Assembly: GCF_009914755.1 (NCBI RefSeq)
Contig: NC_060938.1
Length of the DNA: 64,000 nucleotides
Source: the human T2T-CHM13v2.0 reference genome, Homo sapiens
Reading direction: 5' to 3' (one strand)
Positions 44,573 through 59,872 of the stretch are shown here, one piece after another. Each line of letters begins with the position of its first letter. Position 1 is the first letter of the stretch. The notes under the pieces were generated by a model. It searched no databases. It was not told where the DNA came from and was given only the letters and a program-made list of their open reading frames with translations. Both the position numbers and the translations under genes were made by a program.

Positions 44573-45540
44573 GTATTTATTTTATATTGTTATGTAACAA
44601 ATTGCCACAAACTCAGTGGATTCAAACCACACAAATTGATTAACTCTCAGTTTTCTGGGTCAAGAGATCAGATATAAGTTAACTCAGCTCTTTGCTCAAA
44701 ATACCACTAGGCTGAAATCAAAGTATCAGCCAGGGATGTGATCTCTTCTTTCAATTTTCTTAGAAGCTCATTGTTTGGAAGAATTGTCTTCCTTGTAGAT
44801 GTGCAACTGTGGTTTTCATTTTTGTATTAGTCCGTTTTCATGCTGCTGATAAAGACATATCCAAGAGGAGAAGAAAAATAGGTTTAATTGGATTTAACAG
44901 TTCCACATGACTGGGGAGGCCTCAGAATCATGGCGGGAGACAAAAGGCACTTCTTATATGGTGGCAGCAAGAGAAAATGAAGCAAAAGCGGAAACCCCTG
45001 ATAAACTCATCAGATCTTGTGAGACTTATTCACTATCATGAGAATAGCATGGGAAAGACTGGCCCCCATGATTCAGTTACCTCCCTGTGGTTCCCTCCTG
45101 AATCCTGGGACATAGCCAAACCCTATCAATTATCTTACTAGCTGTCAGCCAGGGACCCTCTCATCTTCTAGAGGTCAACCTTGTGTCCTTATTATGTGCC
45201 ACACACACAGATATAGTTCCTCTCAACATGTAGCTTACTTCTTCAAAGTCAGGAGGAGAATCTCTGCTGCTGCTGGTTATCTCTTTTAAGGGAGGTAAAG
45301 CCTCCCCAGGATAATCTCCCTTTTGATTAACTTGAAGTCAACTGATTAGGGACCATAATTAAATCTGCAAATCTCTTTTGCTGTCACACTCAATATGATC
45401 ACAGGGAGTGATATCCCAACACATTCACGTATCAATCACAGGGAGTGATATCGCAACACATTCATGGAGAGGGTGTAATACAGTCTGTGTAAATCAGGGG
45501 TAGGAATTATGGATGCCATCTTAGGATTCTGTATACCACA
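44573..45540 (-). mobile_element. MLT1-type MaLR LTR inserted in the L1 and interrupted by THE1
   Basis: tgtaacaaattgccacaaactcagtgg...ccatcttaggattctgtataccaca. Confidence 0.75.
44823..45128 (-). mobile_element. THE1 (THE1C-like) solo LTR
   Basis: TGTATTAGTCCGTTTTCATGCTGCTGATAAAGAC...AGCCAAACCCTATCA; TSD atttt/attat. Confidence 0.88.
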
Positions 45541-46242
45541 TCCAGAATAAAGAGGGTCATTTTATAGTTATAAAGGAATTAATTCATCAAGAGGACATGG
45601 CAGTCCTGATGTTTATTTACCATATAATATTGCTTGAAAATACATTAAGCAAAAACTAATAGAACTGCAAGGAGAAATAAATCTCTAATTATAATTGGAA
45701 CTTCAATAATCCTCTCTCATTAATTAATAGAACAAGTTGAAAGAAAATCAGTAAAGATGGCCAGGTGTGGTGGCTCATGCCTGTAATCTCAACACTTTGG
45801 GAGGCTGAGGCGGGCGGATCACGAGGTCAGGAGATTGAGACCATCCTGGTTAACACGGTGAAACCCCATCTCTACTAAAAAAAAAAAAAAATGAGCCGGG
45901 CATGCCTGTAGTCCCAGCTACTGGGGAGGCTGAGACAGGAGAATCGCTTGAACCCAGGAGTCAGAGGTTATAGTGAGCCTAGATCGGGCCACTGCACCCC
46001 AGCCTGGGTGACAGAGCGAGACTCCATCTCAAAAAAAAAGAAAAAAGAAAAAAGTAAAGATGTAGAAGACTTGGACAACACTTCTTTGTATGTATTTTTA
46101 GTAGAGATGGGGTTTTTCTATGTTACTCGGGCTGGTTTCAAATACCTGGGCTCAAGCAATCCATCCACCTCAGCCTTCCAAAGTGTTAGGATTACAGGCT
46201 TAGGTCACTGCACCTGGCCTGAACAACAGTATTGACCAATTT

Positions 46243-47979
46243 TGTCATGGGATCCTTAAGGTGTTACTATGCCAGCCAGAAACCTCTGTGGCCAGTGCTG
46301 CCTTTGCCCAAGTTTTGCTCAGGCCCACTTGGGCTCTTTCCGCCCACTTGGCCTCCCAGGCTGTGCTTGGCTTTTGCTACCAGCCCAGATCCCATGCCTA
46401 CAAAGGGTGAGCCAGGCACAGAGCGGCGAGGGGTGCATGAGCATGGGGTCCGGCCACTGCACACAGCCAGGCATATGCTGGTTGTGGCAGGATAAGCAAC
46501 TCCATGCACTGGAACAGCTGCTGGCTTCCTGCTACAGCGGGACCAGACATACCACAAGCAGCTTCCACTGTGGGCACCAGGGAATGTGGTGGCACCCAGA
46601 AGCTTGGAGATGCCAGCAACTGCAGAACCCCAAAGAGAGTATCACAGCCCTTGCTTGGGAAGCTCCTAAGTCTGGGTTCCCCATAGGGCCACAGCTCTTT
46701 TCTCCTTCTTTCTTCTCACCTTCTCGTTGCCCACAATGTCATGAGCGGTGGCAAAGTGATTGGGGTTGGGGGAGATTTCATCCATGTTTGTGTTACAGAT
46801 GTTTCAGTCCCGAATTCTTGTCCTGAGTCCAAGAAGAATTAGGTATGTGGACAACTGGAGCAAACCTCCAGTTGTGGAGCAAGGTGAAGAGGTGCTTTAT
46901 TGAGTAACAGTATACCTCTCAGAAGACCTGAAGTGGGTAGCTCCTTTCTGCACGCAAGTTGTCCTGACATCTGTGCAACCCTCAGTGGAGGGGAGACCCA
47001 GAGTGGGTAGCTCCTATCCACAGGCGGGTCATCCTGATGTCTGTGCAGCCCTAAGTGGAGAGGAGACCCGGAGTGGGTAGCTCCTATCCACAGGCAGGTC
47101 GTTTTGGTGTCTCTGCAGCCCTCAGCGGAGAGGAGACCCAGAGTGGGTAGCTTCTATCTGTAGGCAGGTTGTGCTGATGAGTGTACAGCTCTCAGCAGAG
47201 AGGAGACCCTTAGAGGGTAGCTTTTCTCCACAGGCAGGTCATCCCATCTTCCAGACTCTGGCTGAGTCCAGGATTTTTATGGGCTTCAGAGGGGAGGACG
47301 TGCATATTGATTGGTCCGTGGGCAGGCCTGGAAAAAGCACCATAAGTTCTCACTCCAGTCTGTGGAACTAGCAGCCCACTCCCACAAGCTTCAGTCTGTC
47401 CCTGGCTTGAAGGTACGGCTTCACCTGCCCCTTTCTGCCCAGGATCCTGTCTGCCTCCTGCCACCATCAACCTGCTGTCCATAGTGCCCAGGCTGTTTGT
47501 GCTGAGGGGTGCCTGCAGGCCCACACCAAGCTGCTCTTAGCACCCTCCTGGCTTCCTTCCCATGCTTGTTGGTGCCCAAAGTCCAGAGGGGACCATGTCA
47601 GCACTGCCCCAAGTGTGTGCACACCCGGCTAGTTCCTGACAGCATCCAGGATCAGCCACAACTTTGCTCCAAAATTGGAGGTTGTGCTGATAGTGGGGAG
47701 AACCAGGCAGTGGGAGAAGGCACTTCTGAGCCTGTGGGGGGCAGGGGGGTTTCCAGGGCCCCTGAGAACACAGGAATGCCCAGGTCTGCAGCTGTGGCTG
47801 AGTGGCTGCAGCTGCACCCAGGAGGTCAGGGCTCCTACCCCTTCTACTCAGACGGGGGCATGGCTCCCACCTGTTCCTGGCTCCCGCTGGCTCCAGGGAG
47901 CACACAGTCCCAGCGCACTTCCCCTGCCACAGCTGGTGTCTTCACAGCAGCCACTCCAGAGGGGCTGCCACTGCCATCA
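46243..47979 (-). mobile_element. MER52-family ERV1 solo LTR (~1.74 kb)
   Basis: - strand TGATGGCAGTGGCAGCCCC...GGATCCCATGACA (TG...CA); AATAAA at 46896-46901 on -; imperfect 4-bp TSD attt/atgt; GC-rich. Confidence 0.82.
46921..47250. repeat. 70-bp tandem array (~5 copies) inside the MER52 LTR
   Basis: g(t/a)gggtagct recurs at 46933, 47003, 47073, 47143 and 47213. Confidence 0.92.
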
Positions 47980-48735
47980 ATGTGACCCAATTAACATTTA
48001 TAACACATTCCACCTACAGCAGCAGAATTCACATTCTGTTCAAGTCCACAAGATATATTTACCAAGAAAGACCTTATTCTAGGCTATAAAACAAGTAATT
48101 TAAAAGGATTCAGATTTTATAAATTTTGTTCTCTGGAATTAAATTGGAAATTAATGACAGGTATTTGGAAAATGCTCAAATATTTAGAAACTAAGTAACA
48201 CACTTATATGTGTAACCTATGGATCTAAGAAGAAATAAGAAATCAAAAGGAAAATTACAAACTATTTTGAATTTGATGAAATAAAGAATGAAACATCAAA
48301 ATTTATGGGATGTAGCCAAATTAAAGAGGAATATGTCACAGTATAACACCTATATTAGAAAAGAAGAAAAGTTCTATATCAAGGAAATCAGCTTTCACCT
48401 TAAACTAGAAACAGAAGAGCACATGAAGCCCAAAGTAAGCAAAGAAAGGAAATAATAAAGATCCATATGGAAATCATTGCAGTGGAAAACAATAGAGAAA
48501 ATCAATGAAAGCAAAAGCAGGTTCTTGGAAGAAGATCAATAAAACGGATAAGCCTCTAGTCAGATTGACCAAGAAAAAGAAGAGAAAAATTACAAACATG
48601 AAGAATGAGAGAAGAAACATCACTACTGATCATACAGCTGTTAAACAGATAATATAGAAATATGATAAACAGCATGATGCCCCAAAATTCAACAACTTAG
48701 GTGAAATGGACAAATTATTTAAAAGACACAAACTA

Positions 48736-49090
<355 letters not shown>

Positions 49091-49220
49091 CTATTCATGA
49101 AATTGAATTTTTGTTTAAATTTTCCCACAAAGAGGCCAGGAGTGGTGGCTCACGCCTGTAATCTTAGCACTTTGGGAGGCCAAGGCGGGCAGATCACTTG
49201 AGGTCAGGAGTTCGAGATCA

Positions 49221-49481
<261 letters not shown>

Positions 49482-49769
49482 TTACGAAGATACCAATTCT
49501 ACATATGCTTCTAGAACGTTGAATAAGATGGAGTTCTTCTCATCTCATTGATTGAGGCTACCATTACTCTGATACTAAAACCATACAAAGACAGGAAGAC
49601 TACAGACTGATTCTTAATATAGCACAAGAACATAGAGATAAAAATTCTTAACACAGAACTTCTTATTTCCCCTCTTCCTAATCTGAAATATACTTCTCGC
49701 TCAGTGTTCACTGTCTTAGTTAATAGCCCTGCCTTACACATTTGGTTGTTCATTCCAAGTCAGGGTTGA

Positions 49770-50068
49770 CTTTTTTTTGTCTTTGTTTGTTTGAGACAGA
49801 GTCTCACTGTGTCACCCAGGCTGAAGTGCAGTGGCACGATCACAGCTTACTGCAGCCTCGACCTCTGTGGGCTCAGGTGATCCTCCCACTTCAGCCACAC
49901 AAGTAGCTGTGACTACAGGTGCACACTACTACGCCTGGCTAATTTTTATATTTTTTGTAGAGACAGAGTTTCACCCAAGCTAGTCTTGAAATACTGGGCT
50001 CAAGCAATCTGCCCACCTCAGCCTCCCAAAATGTTAGGATTATAGGCGTGAGCCACTGCACCTGGCCT
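49770..50068 (-). mobile_element. AluJ within the L2 continuation
   Basis: Full dimer. Confidence 0.85.
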
Positions 50069-50659
50069 CTCATTTCTTTACATTCCATCAATTCTTATAT
50101 TTTCAGAACATATCCTGAAACCAATTACCTACTGCAGTCTCTGCTGCCATCCCTCTAGTTCATGCCGTAATTATCTCCCACATGGCTATTGTAGTTTCAT
50201 CACCGGTTTCCATGCTTGCATTATTACTCCATCTCATATAACAGCCATTGATGCTGTTAAGATATAAACCAGACCATGGGACTTCCTCACAGAAAGCACT
50301 TTGGTAGCTCTCTGGAACACTAGGGAAAAAATTTTAAATCCTTACCAAAAATTGTAACTCTTTATTACCAAGGGACAGATAATGAAGGATCAGCTAACCA
50401 GGCCTATTGTTAAATCATAAAAGGGTCTATGCATCAAGAAGATGTATCAGTCCTAACACACACACACACACATACACATACACATAAATACATATAGAGA
50501 GAGCATGCATGAATGCTTCAGAATACATGAAGAAAACAACTAATAGAAATTTAAGGAGAAATACACAAATCTACAATTATATCTATATTATAATTGTATA
50601 AGGTACACAATTATAGATTGTGTAAGTTAATATAATTATAATCTTTTAAATCTAAAAGA

Positions 50660-51610
<951 letters not shown>

Positions 51611-51698
51611 ATTCCATACACAGAAAATAAGACATTTGTGATCCTGTTCCAGTTGAGTCCCATTTAACGAATGATCTTGTCATTTCTTTTTCTCATAG

Positions 51699-51804
51699 GG
51701 AGAAGAAAATTGAGGGACTGAATTTTATTAGATGCTTAGCTGCTTTTCATTCTGAGATACTGAACACAAAGTTGCATGAAACAAATTTTGCAGTTGTTCA
51801 AGAG
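51699..51804 (+). CDS. TOGARAM1: TOGARAM1 coding exon (likely exon 12), 106 nt, phase 2->0; TOG3 HEAT A/B
   Basis: ttctcatag|G acceptor, GAG|gtaaac donor; (W)EKKIEGLNFIRCLAAFHSEILNTKLHETNFAVVQE. Confidence 0.93.
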
Positions 51805-51984
51805 GTAAACTTATTTTTCAGATGAGTTAAGGATTGTTAGAATAACAAAGGATAAATATGCTATGTTTATTTGACCTTTAAAATTTTTAAACAACTCTGT
51901 ACCATATGATATAAAAGGCTTGTATTTAATTAAAGTAGTCCATGTCTTAATTTGCAACATTAAGAGAAACTTAATAGATGTTGA

Positions 51985-52565
<581 letters not shown>

Positions 52566-52648
52566 CATTGTAAAATTCCTTTCCAAGTTATTATTAGTGA
52601 TTTTCTTGCAGAATATCAGCAAAATGTACATTTTGAATTTTTTTTTAG

Positions 52649-52884
52649 GTGAAAAATTTACGTTCTGGAGTTTCTCGTGCTGCTGTGGTCTGTTTAAGTG
52701 ATCTTTTCACTTATTTGAAAAAGAGCATGGATCAAGAGCTAGATACCACAGTAAAAGTTTTGTTGCACAAGGCTGGTGAATCAAATACATTTATAAGAGA
52801 AGATGTTGACAAAGCATTGAGAGCTATGGTTAATAATGTAACTCCTGCACGTGCAGTTGTTTCTCTTATCAATGGTGGACAAAG
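52649..52884 (+). CDS. TOGARAM1: TOGARAM1 coding exon (likely exon 13), 236 nt, phase 0->2; TOG3
   Basis: ttttttag|GTG acceptor, AAG|gtaatg donor; VKNLRSGVSRAAVVCLSDLF...ESNTFIREDVDKAL is a CLASP/crescerin TOG HEAT signature. Confidence 0.95.
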
Positions 52885-53169
52885 GTAATGTTCAAAATAA
52901 CCTTGAAATGTCTTTAAACAAAAAATGAAATGTTGCAATCGGGACTGTAGAAAAGAAACAAGCAAATCTTAGTAGTATATCAGTCAAAAAACATTTATTA
53001 AAAAGTTCCTATGAGATAAACATTATACTACATGCCGAATATGAAAAGAATAATTTTTTATTATTTTTCTCATAGAATATGTATACTTCTTTTGTCCCTC
53101 GGGCACCTTGCAAAATGTCTGCCACACAAAATCATCTAGGCAATTTGGCTTTAGGAGCCTTACAATTAT

Positions 53170-53549
53170 TATTTTTTTATTAATTTTTATTTCAATAGCT
53201 TTTAGGGTACAAGTGGTTTTTTGTTACATGGGTGAATTGTATAATAGTGAATTCTGAGATTTTTGTGCACCCATCACTTGAGTAGTGAACATTGTACCTA
53301 ATGTGTAGTTTTTATCCCTCGCCCCCCTCCTGCTCTCCTTCTTTCTCTAAAGTTCATTATATAAAGTTCATTATATATATCACCCTGTATGACTTTGCAT
53401 ACTCATAACTTAGCTGCCACTTATAGGTGAGAACATATGGTTTTTGGTGTTTCAATCCATTATTAGAATAGTGGCCTCCAGCTCTATCCAAGTTTGCTGC
53501 AAAAGACACTATTTAATTCATTTTAATGGCAGAGTAGTATTCCATGGTC

Positions 53550-53639
<90 letters not shown>

Positions 53640-53962
53640 TATATATATACATATATATACATATATACACACATATATATGTGTATATATATACACATAT
53701 ATACACATATATATGTGTATATATATACACATATATACACATATATATACACATATGTATATATATACACATATATATATAAAACATTTTCTTTATCCAC
53801 TGATTAGTCAGTGGGCACTTAGGTTGGTTCCACATCTTTGTAATTTTGAATTTTGTTGCTATAAACATACATGTGCAAGTATCTTTTTCACATAATGACT
53901 TTTCATTTGGGTAGATTCCAAGTAGTAGGATTGCTAGATCAAATGGTAGATCTACTTTTAGC
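53170..53962 (-). mobile_element. L1PB-type 3' end with internal microsatellite expansion
   Basis: tttatttcaatagcttttagggtacaagtgg 3'UTR; MWNQPKCP motif in ORF 53518..53868. Confidence 0.85.
53549..53780. repeat. Complex (TA)n(TG)n(TATACA)n microsatellite
   Basis: Read directly; ~230 bp of alternating purine-pyrimidine. Confidence 0.97.
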
Positions 53963-54045
53963 TCAATAAAAGTTATTGTAATAACGTTACCCTATTGTTA
54001 TTCCAATAATGTTATTTACATTCATAGATCTATAACTAAATGTCA

Positions 54046-54482
<437 letters not shown>

Positions 54483-54556
54483 ACCCATAGATCCATAGAT
54501 CTTTGGAGAATAGTTTATATAACAACTCTGTTTTAATTGATCATGTCTCCTTGTAG

Positions 54557-54715
54557 CCATTTACACATTGCTGTAAGAAGGTGTACAGCCCAGCATTTAT
54601 CAGATGTATTGGAATTTATGGAACCAGAACGTATTTTATCTGCAGCAAAGGATATGGCTGAACGCATATTACCAGCTGCTGCTAAGTTTGCTCAAGACAG
54701 TTCACAAGAAACCAG
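54557..54715 (+). CDS. TOGARAM1: TOGARAM1 coding exon (likely exon 14), 159 nt, phase 2->2; TOG3, probable cassette exon
   Basis: ctccttgtag|C acceptor, CAG|gtgaat donor; (S)[14 protein letters not shown]...FAQDSSQET(R). Confidence 0.9.
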
Positions 54716-54814
54716 GTGAATATCTGCTAATGTTTGCTAAATCTATTATTAATAAGGGCTTAAAAGTAGGAAAAGAAAGAAAGTTTAAAGAAGAATGAAC
54801 ATTTTCTAAATGGA

Positions 54815-55489
<675 letters not shown>

Positions 55490-55785
55490 CTACACAAATT
55501 TCTGATGCTTTTACTGGAAAAACAATTTTATGAAGTTTAAGAACAGTCAGAGAAAAACAACACAATAATTAAGATGTGGATGATATAATGGCTGTGGTGG
55601 TGACAGAAATTTTCAATGTAGTCAGATGCTTATGTTAAATTTCTAGTCCCCGTCATTGTTTGTCCTTAAGCAAGTTACTTAATTTCTGTTAGTCTCTGTT
55701 TCCTTGTCTATAAAATTAGGAAGGGTGGACTAGGTGACCAGTAATGTCCCATATAAAATCTAAAATTTTTATAGTAATGATATAT

Positions 55786-56350
<565 letters not shown>

Positions 56351-56499
56351 ATAATTTTTTAAAAGAATCTGAGTCATAAAGATTAAAGTAAAGAAGTATA
56401 TAAAATGTTTATTATTTTAAGACAAAGATGTTCATTACTTTAGGTATCTGGAGTTAATATTATGGAACTCATTATACCTAAAGATAATACAGAAAGTAA

Positions 56500-57755
56500 A
56501 TATATTAGTTTTTCATTGCTGTGTAAAGTTTAACACAAATGTAGGAGCTTAAGGCAACCACATTTTTTGGCTTAGAGTTCTTTAGGTCAGAAGTCTGGCA
56601 TGGCTCACCTCAGTTCACTGCCTATGGTTTCAGAAGGCCAAAATCAGGGTGATAGCAGTGCTGGGCTTTGCCAAATTCAATTCCTTGTGGTTATAAGACT
56701 GAGGTCAGCTGGGCGTGGTGGCTCACACCTATAATCCCAGCACTTTGGGAGTTGGAGGCGGGTGGATCACCTGAGGTCAGGAGTTCAAGACCAGCCTAAA
56801 CAACATGATGAAACCCCGTCTCTATTAAAAATACAAAAATTAGCTGGGCGTGGTGGCGTGTGCCTATAATCCCAGCTACTCAGGAGGCTGAAGCAGGAGA
56901 ATTGCTTGAACCTAGGAAGTGGAGGTTGCAGTGAGTCGAGATCACACTATTGCATTCCAACCTGGGTGACAGAGTGGGACAGAGGGTTGACTCAGGCCAG
57001 AACATCCGCCCAGTAGGTGGACAGCAAATGGTCAATGGGTAAGGAGCCCAGGACAGAGACAAACTTCTCAAAAAAAAAAAAAAAAAAAAAAAAAAAAGAC
57101 TGAGGTCTGCATTTCCTTGCTGGCTGTCAGTGAGGGTCCTTGCTCAGCTCCTTAACACCACTCACATTTCTTTGCATGCAACCCTCCTCTGTTTTTAAGC
57201 CAGCAATAACATGTTGAGCTCCCCTTCATAGGATCTTTCAGACTTCCTCTTTTTGTACCAGTCACAGAAAGCGCTCTGCTTTTTTTTTTTGGAGACAGAG
57301 TCTTGCTCTGTCACCCAGGTTGAAGTGCAGTGGCGCCATCTCGGCTCACTGCAAGCTCCGCCTTCCGGGTTCAAGCGATTCTGCCTCAGCCTCCTGAGTA
57401 GCTGGGACTACAAGCGCCTGCCACCACACCCGGCTAATTTTTTGTATTTTTGGTAGAGATGGGGTTTCACTGTGTTAGCCAGGATCACCTCGATCTCCTG
57501 ACCTTGTGATCCGCCTGCCTCGGCCTCCCAAAGTGCTGGGATTATAGGTGTGAGCCACCGCACCCGGCCAGAAAGTTCTCTTCTTTTAAGCGCTCGTTTG
57601 ATTAGATTAATTCCACCAGATCATGTCATTACTTTAAGGTTAACTGTACTATATGATATAACATAATCTTGGGAGTGATATCTTATTATATTCACAAATT
57701 TTAGGGATTGGAGCAGGACATCTTTGGGGAACCATTTTAAAGTTCTACATATCAC
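56500..57755 (-). mobile_element. MLT1-type LTR interrupted by Alus at 56707-57095 (+) and 57279-57569 (-)
   Basis: tattagtttttcattgctgtgtaa...ggtcagaagtctggcatggctc...gggaaccattttaaagttctac. Confidence 0.72.
56707..57095 (+). mobile_element. AluS carrying an ~86-bp non-Alu insert before its tail; 12-bp TSD
   Basis: TSD AAGACTGAGGTC at 56695-56706 and 57096-57107. Confidence 0.9.
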
Positions 57756-58268
57756 GTTAATGTTCAAAAAAATTCAAGAGGGTTAGATCATTATAGGCTA
57801 GTTAGGAATAAAGGATGTTCTTTTCTCCCTCTCTATCACCTTGTTAAAAAAAAAAAGATTTCTTAATGGCCATCTCATGTGCTTCTTTACTTAACCTTTC
57901 CTTGATGGCATAGTAATTCTTTCTAGCCCATTTTGTCATTTCTTAGATTCTTATTTAAAGTTATAAAATTATAAAATGGTTACAATTAATTTTCGAGTTT
58001 TGTATTTCTCACATTTTGTGTCCCTGCTCTCTGCTGACTTGTTTGTTTTAGCCTTTCTCATATCATTGGGTCCCCTGTAATAGACCTAGAGTCCTTAACA
58101 TTCCAGGCTAAACATTAGAATTGCCCTTGGAAATATAACTGATTAGGAGCTACTTATCTGGATATAGACCTTATTCTGGTTGTGGAGAAAGGTAATATTT
58201 ATTCTCTGACATCACTTCTCTTCCTGCAATTTCATTACATTTGAAGGGGTCACGTTGAGATATGTGAT

Positions 58269-58925
58269 CTTTTTCTTTTTGGAGACAGGGTCTTGCTCTT
58301 TAGCCCAGGCTGGAGTACAGTGGTATAATCTCGGCTCACTGCTACCTCCGCCTCCTGAGCTCAAGTGATCCTCCCACCTCAGCCTCCCGAGTAGCTGGGA
58401 CTACAGGCGTGTGTCACCATGCCTGGCTAAGTTTTGTATTTTTTGTAGAGATGGGGTGTTGCCATGTTGCTGAAGCTGGTCTTGAACTCTTGGGCTCAAG
58501 CAGTCCACCTACCTTGTCCTCTCAAAGTGCTGGGATTATAGGTGTGAGCCACTGCGCCTGGTCAAGACGGGTGGTCTTAAGATCATCCTGTATCCCCCCA
58601 ATCCACAAAACCCACAAAAGCCTGCCTTTTTCTCGTTCCTTTTTTTTTCCCCCAAGACTCTGTCACCCAGGCTAGAGGGCAGTGGTGCAATCTCAGTTCA
58701 CTGCAACCTCCACCTCCCAGGTTCAAGCGATTCTCATGCCTCAGCCTCCTGAGTTGCTGGGATTACAGGCATGTGCCACCATGCCTGGCTGATTTTTGTA
58801 TTTTTAGTAGACACTGGGTTTCACCATGTTGGCCAGGCTAGTCTCTAACTCCTGGCCTCAGGTGATCCACCTGCCTTGGCCTCCCAAAGTGCTGGGATTA
58901 CAGGTGTGAGCCACCACGCCCAGCC
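58269..58925 (-). mobile_element. Two Alus (about 58269-58563 and 58640-58925)
   Basis: Antisense dimers. Confidence 0.86.
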
Positions 58926-59564
58926 TCTTCTCTGGTTCTTTTTGTGCCATATATTCCAAGTTGTGAGTAAAAGTGTAACTGTGATTTATTTTAGGGCCCG
59001 GCCTCATTGAAGATGAATAGTGTGGTACTATTTTGAAGTAGTATAAGACATCTGTGTGCTAAAATATCTCCAGTATGCACTTCCATGATATCTGAATTTC
59101 CACCATTAGAATCATTGGGCTTAAAGTATTATGCTAAGATGATTATTTTATAATTCATATAAATAAGAAAACCTAGTTTTTGAGATTATTACCTGTATTA
59201 ACATATCAGTCACAATTTTATCAACTAACCTTGGGTGTATTTTAGGTAGTAAAGAATAGGATTCTGAAGAATCAGAACCCTGGTAAGTTTTGGCTAGGGA
59301 AAAACAGAGAATGAGAAATACAGGACCTAGGGAGGGTTGACTCAGGCCAGAACATCTGGCCCTTAGGTGGACAGCAAATGGTCAATGGGCAAGGAGCCCA
59401 GGATGGAGGAAAACTTCACAATTCTCCCAAATGCCAGCATTGATATGGACCTTGGGGTGCCTGAAAAATAGAATCAAAGCTTTTGTCTCTCCATCTGGCA
59501 CATGGCAGAAGGATTTGAAGACAGTGACTTTAAAGGGGGATTATGGGAGCATCCCAACAGATGC

Positions 59565-59871
59565 TTTTTTTTTTTTTTTTTTTTTTTTTGAGACGCAGTC
59601 TCACTCTGTTGCCCAGGCTGGAGTGCAATGGTGTGATCTCGGCTCACTGCAACCTCCACCTCCTGGATTCAAATGATTTTCCTGCCTCAGTCTCCTGAAT
59701 AACTGGGATTACCTGAGCACGCCAACACATCTGGCTAATTTTTGTATTTTTTTAGGAGAGACGGGGTTTCATCATGTTGGCCAGGCTGATCTCGAACTCC
59801 TGACCTTGTGATCCACCTGCCTTGGCCTCCCAAAGTGCTGGGATTACAGGCGTGAGCCACTGTACCTGGCC
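59565..59871 (-). mobile_element. AluS inserted at the left TIR of MER47
   Basis: TSD acagatgctt on both sides. Confidence 0.87.
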
Positions 59872-59872
59872 A

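Noticed and set aside
46921-47250. Regularly spaced repeats that superficially resemble a CRISPR array
   Set aside because: The whole 70-bp unit repeats with no unique spacers; it is inside a primate LTR and there are no cas genes
46232-48089. Cluster of long overlapping ORFs (up to 185 aa) on both strands
   Set aside because: GC-rich MER52 LTR has few stop codons; no protein motifs seen
53348-53380. 14-bp tandem duplication TAAAGTTCATTATA (similar ones near 2230 and 15765)
   Set aside because: Ordinary slippage indels inside repeats
53444-53895. Six overlapping YI/CV/HT-rich ORFs
   Set aside because: Stop-free frames produced by the dinucleotide microsatellite
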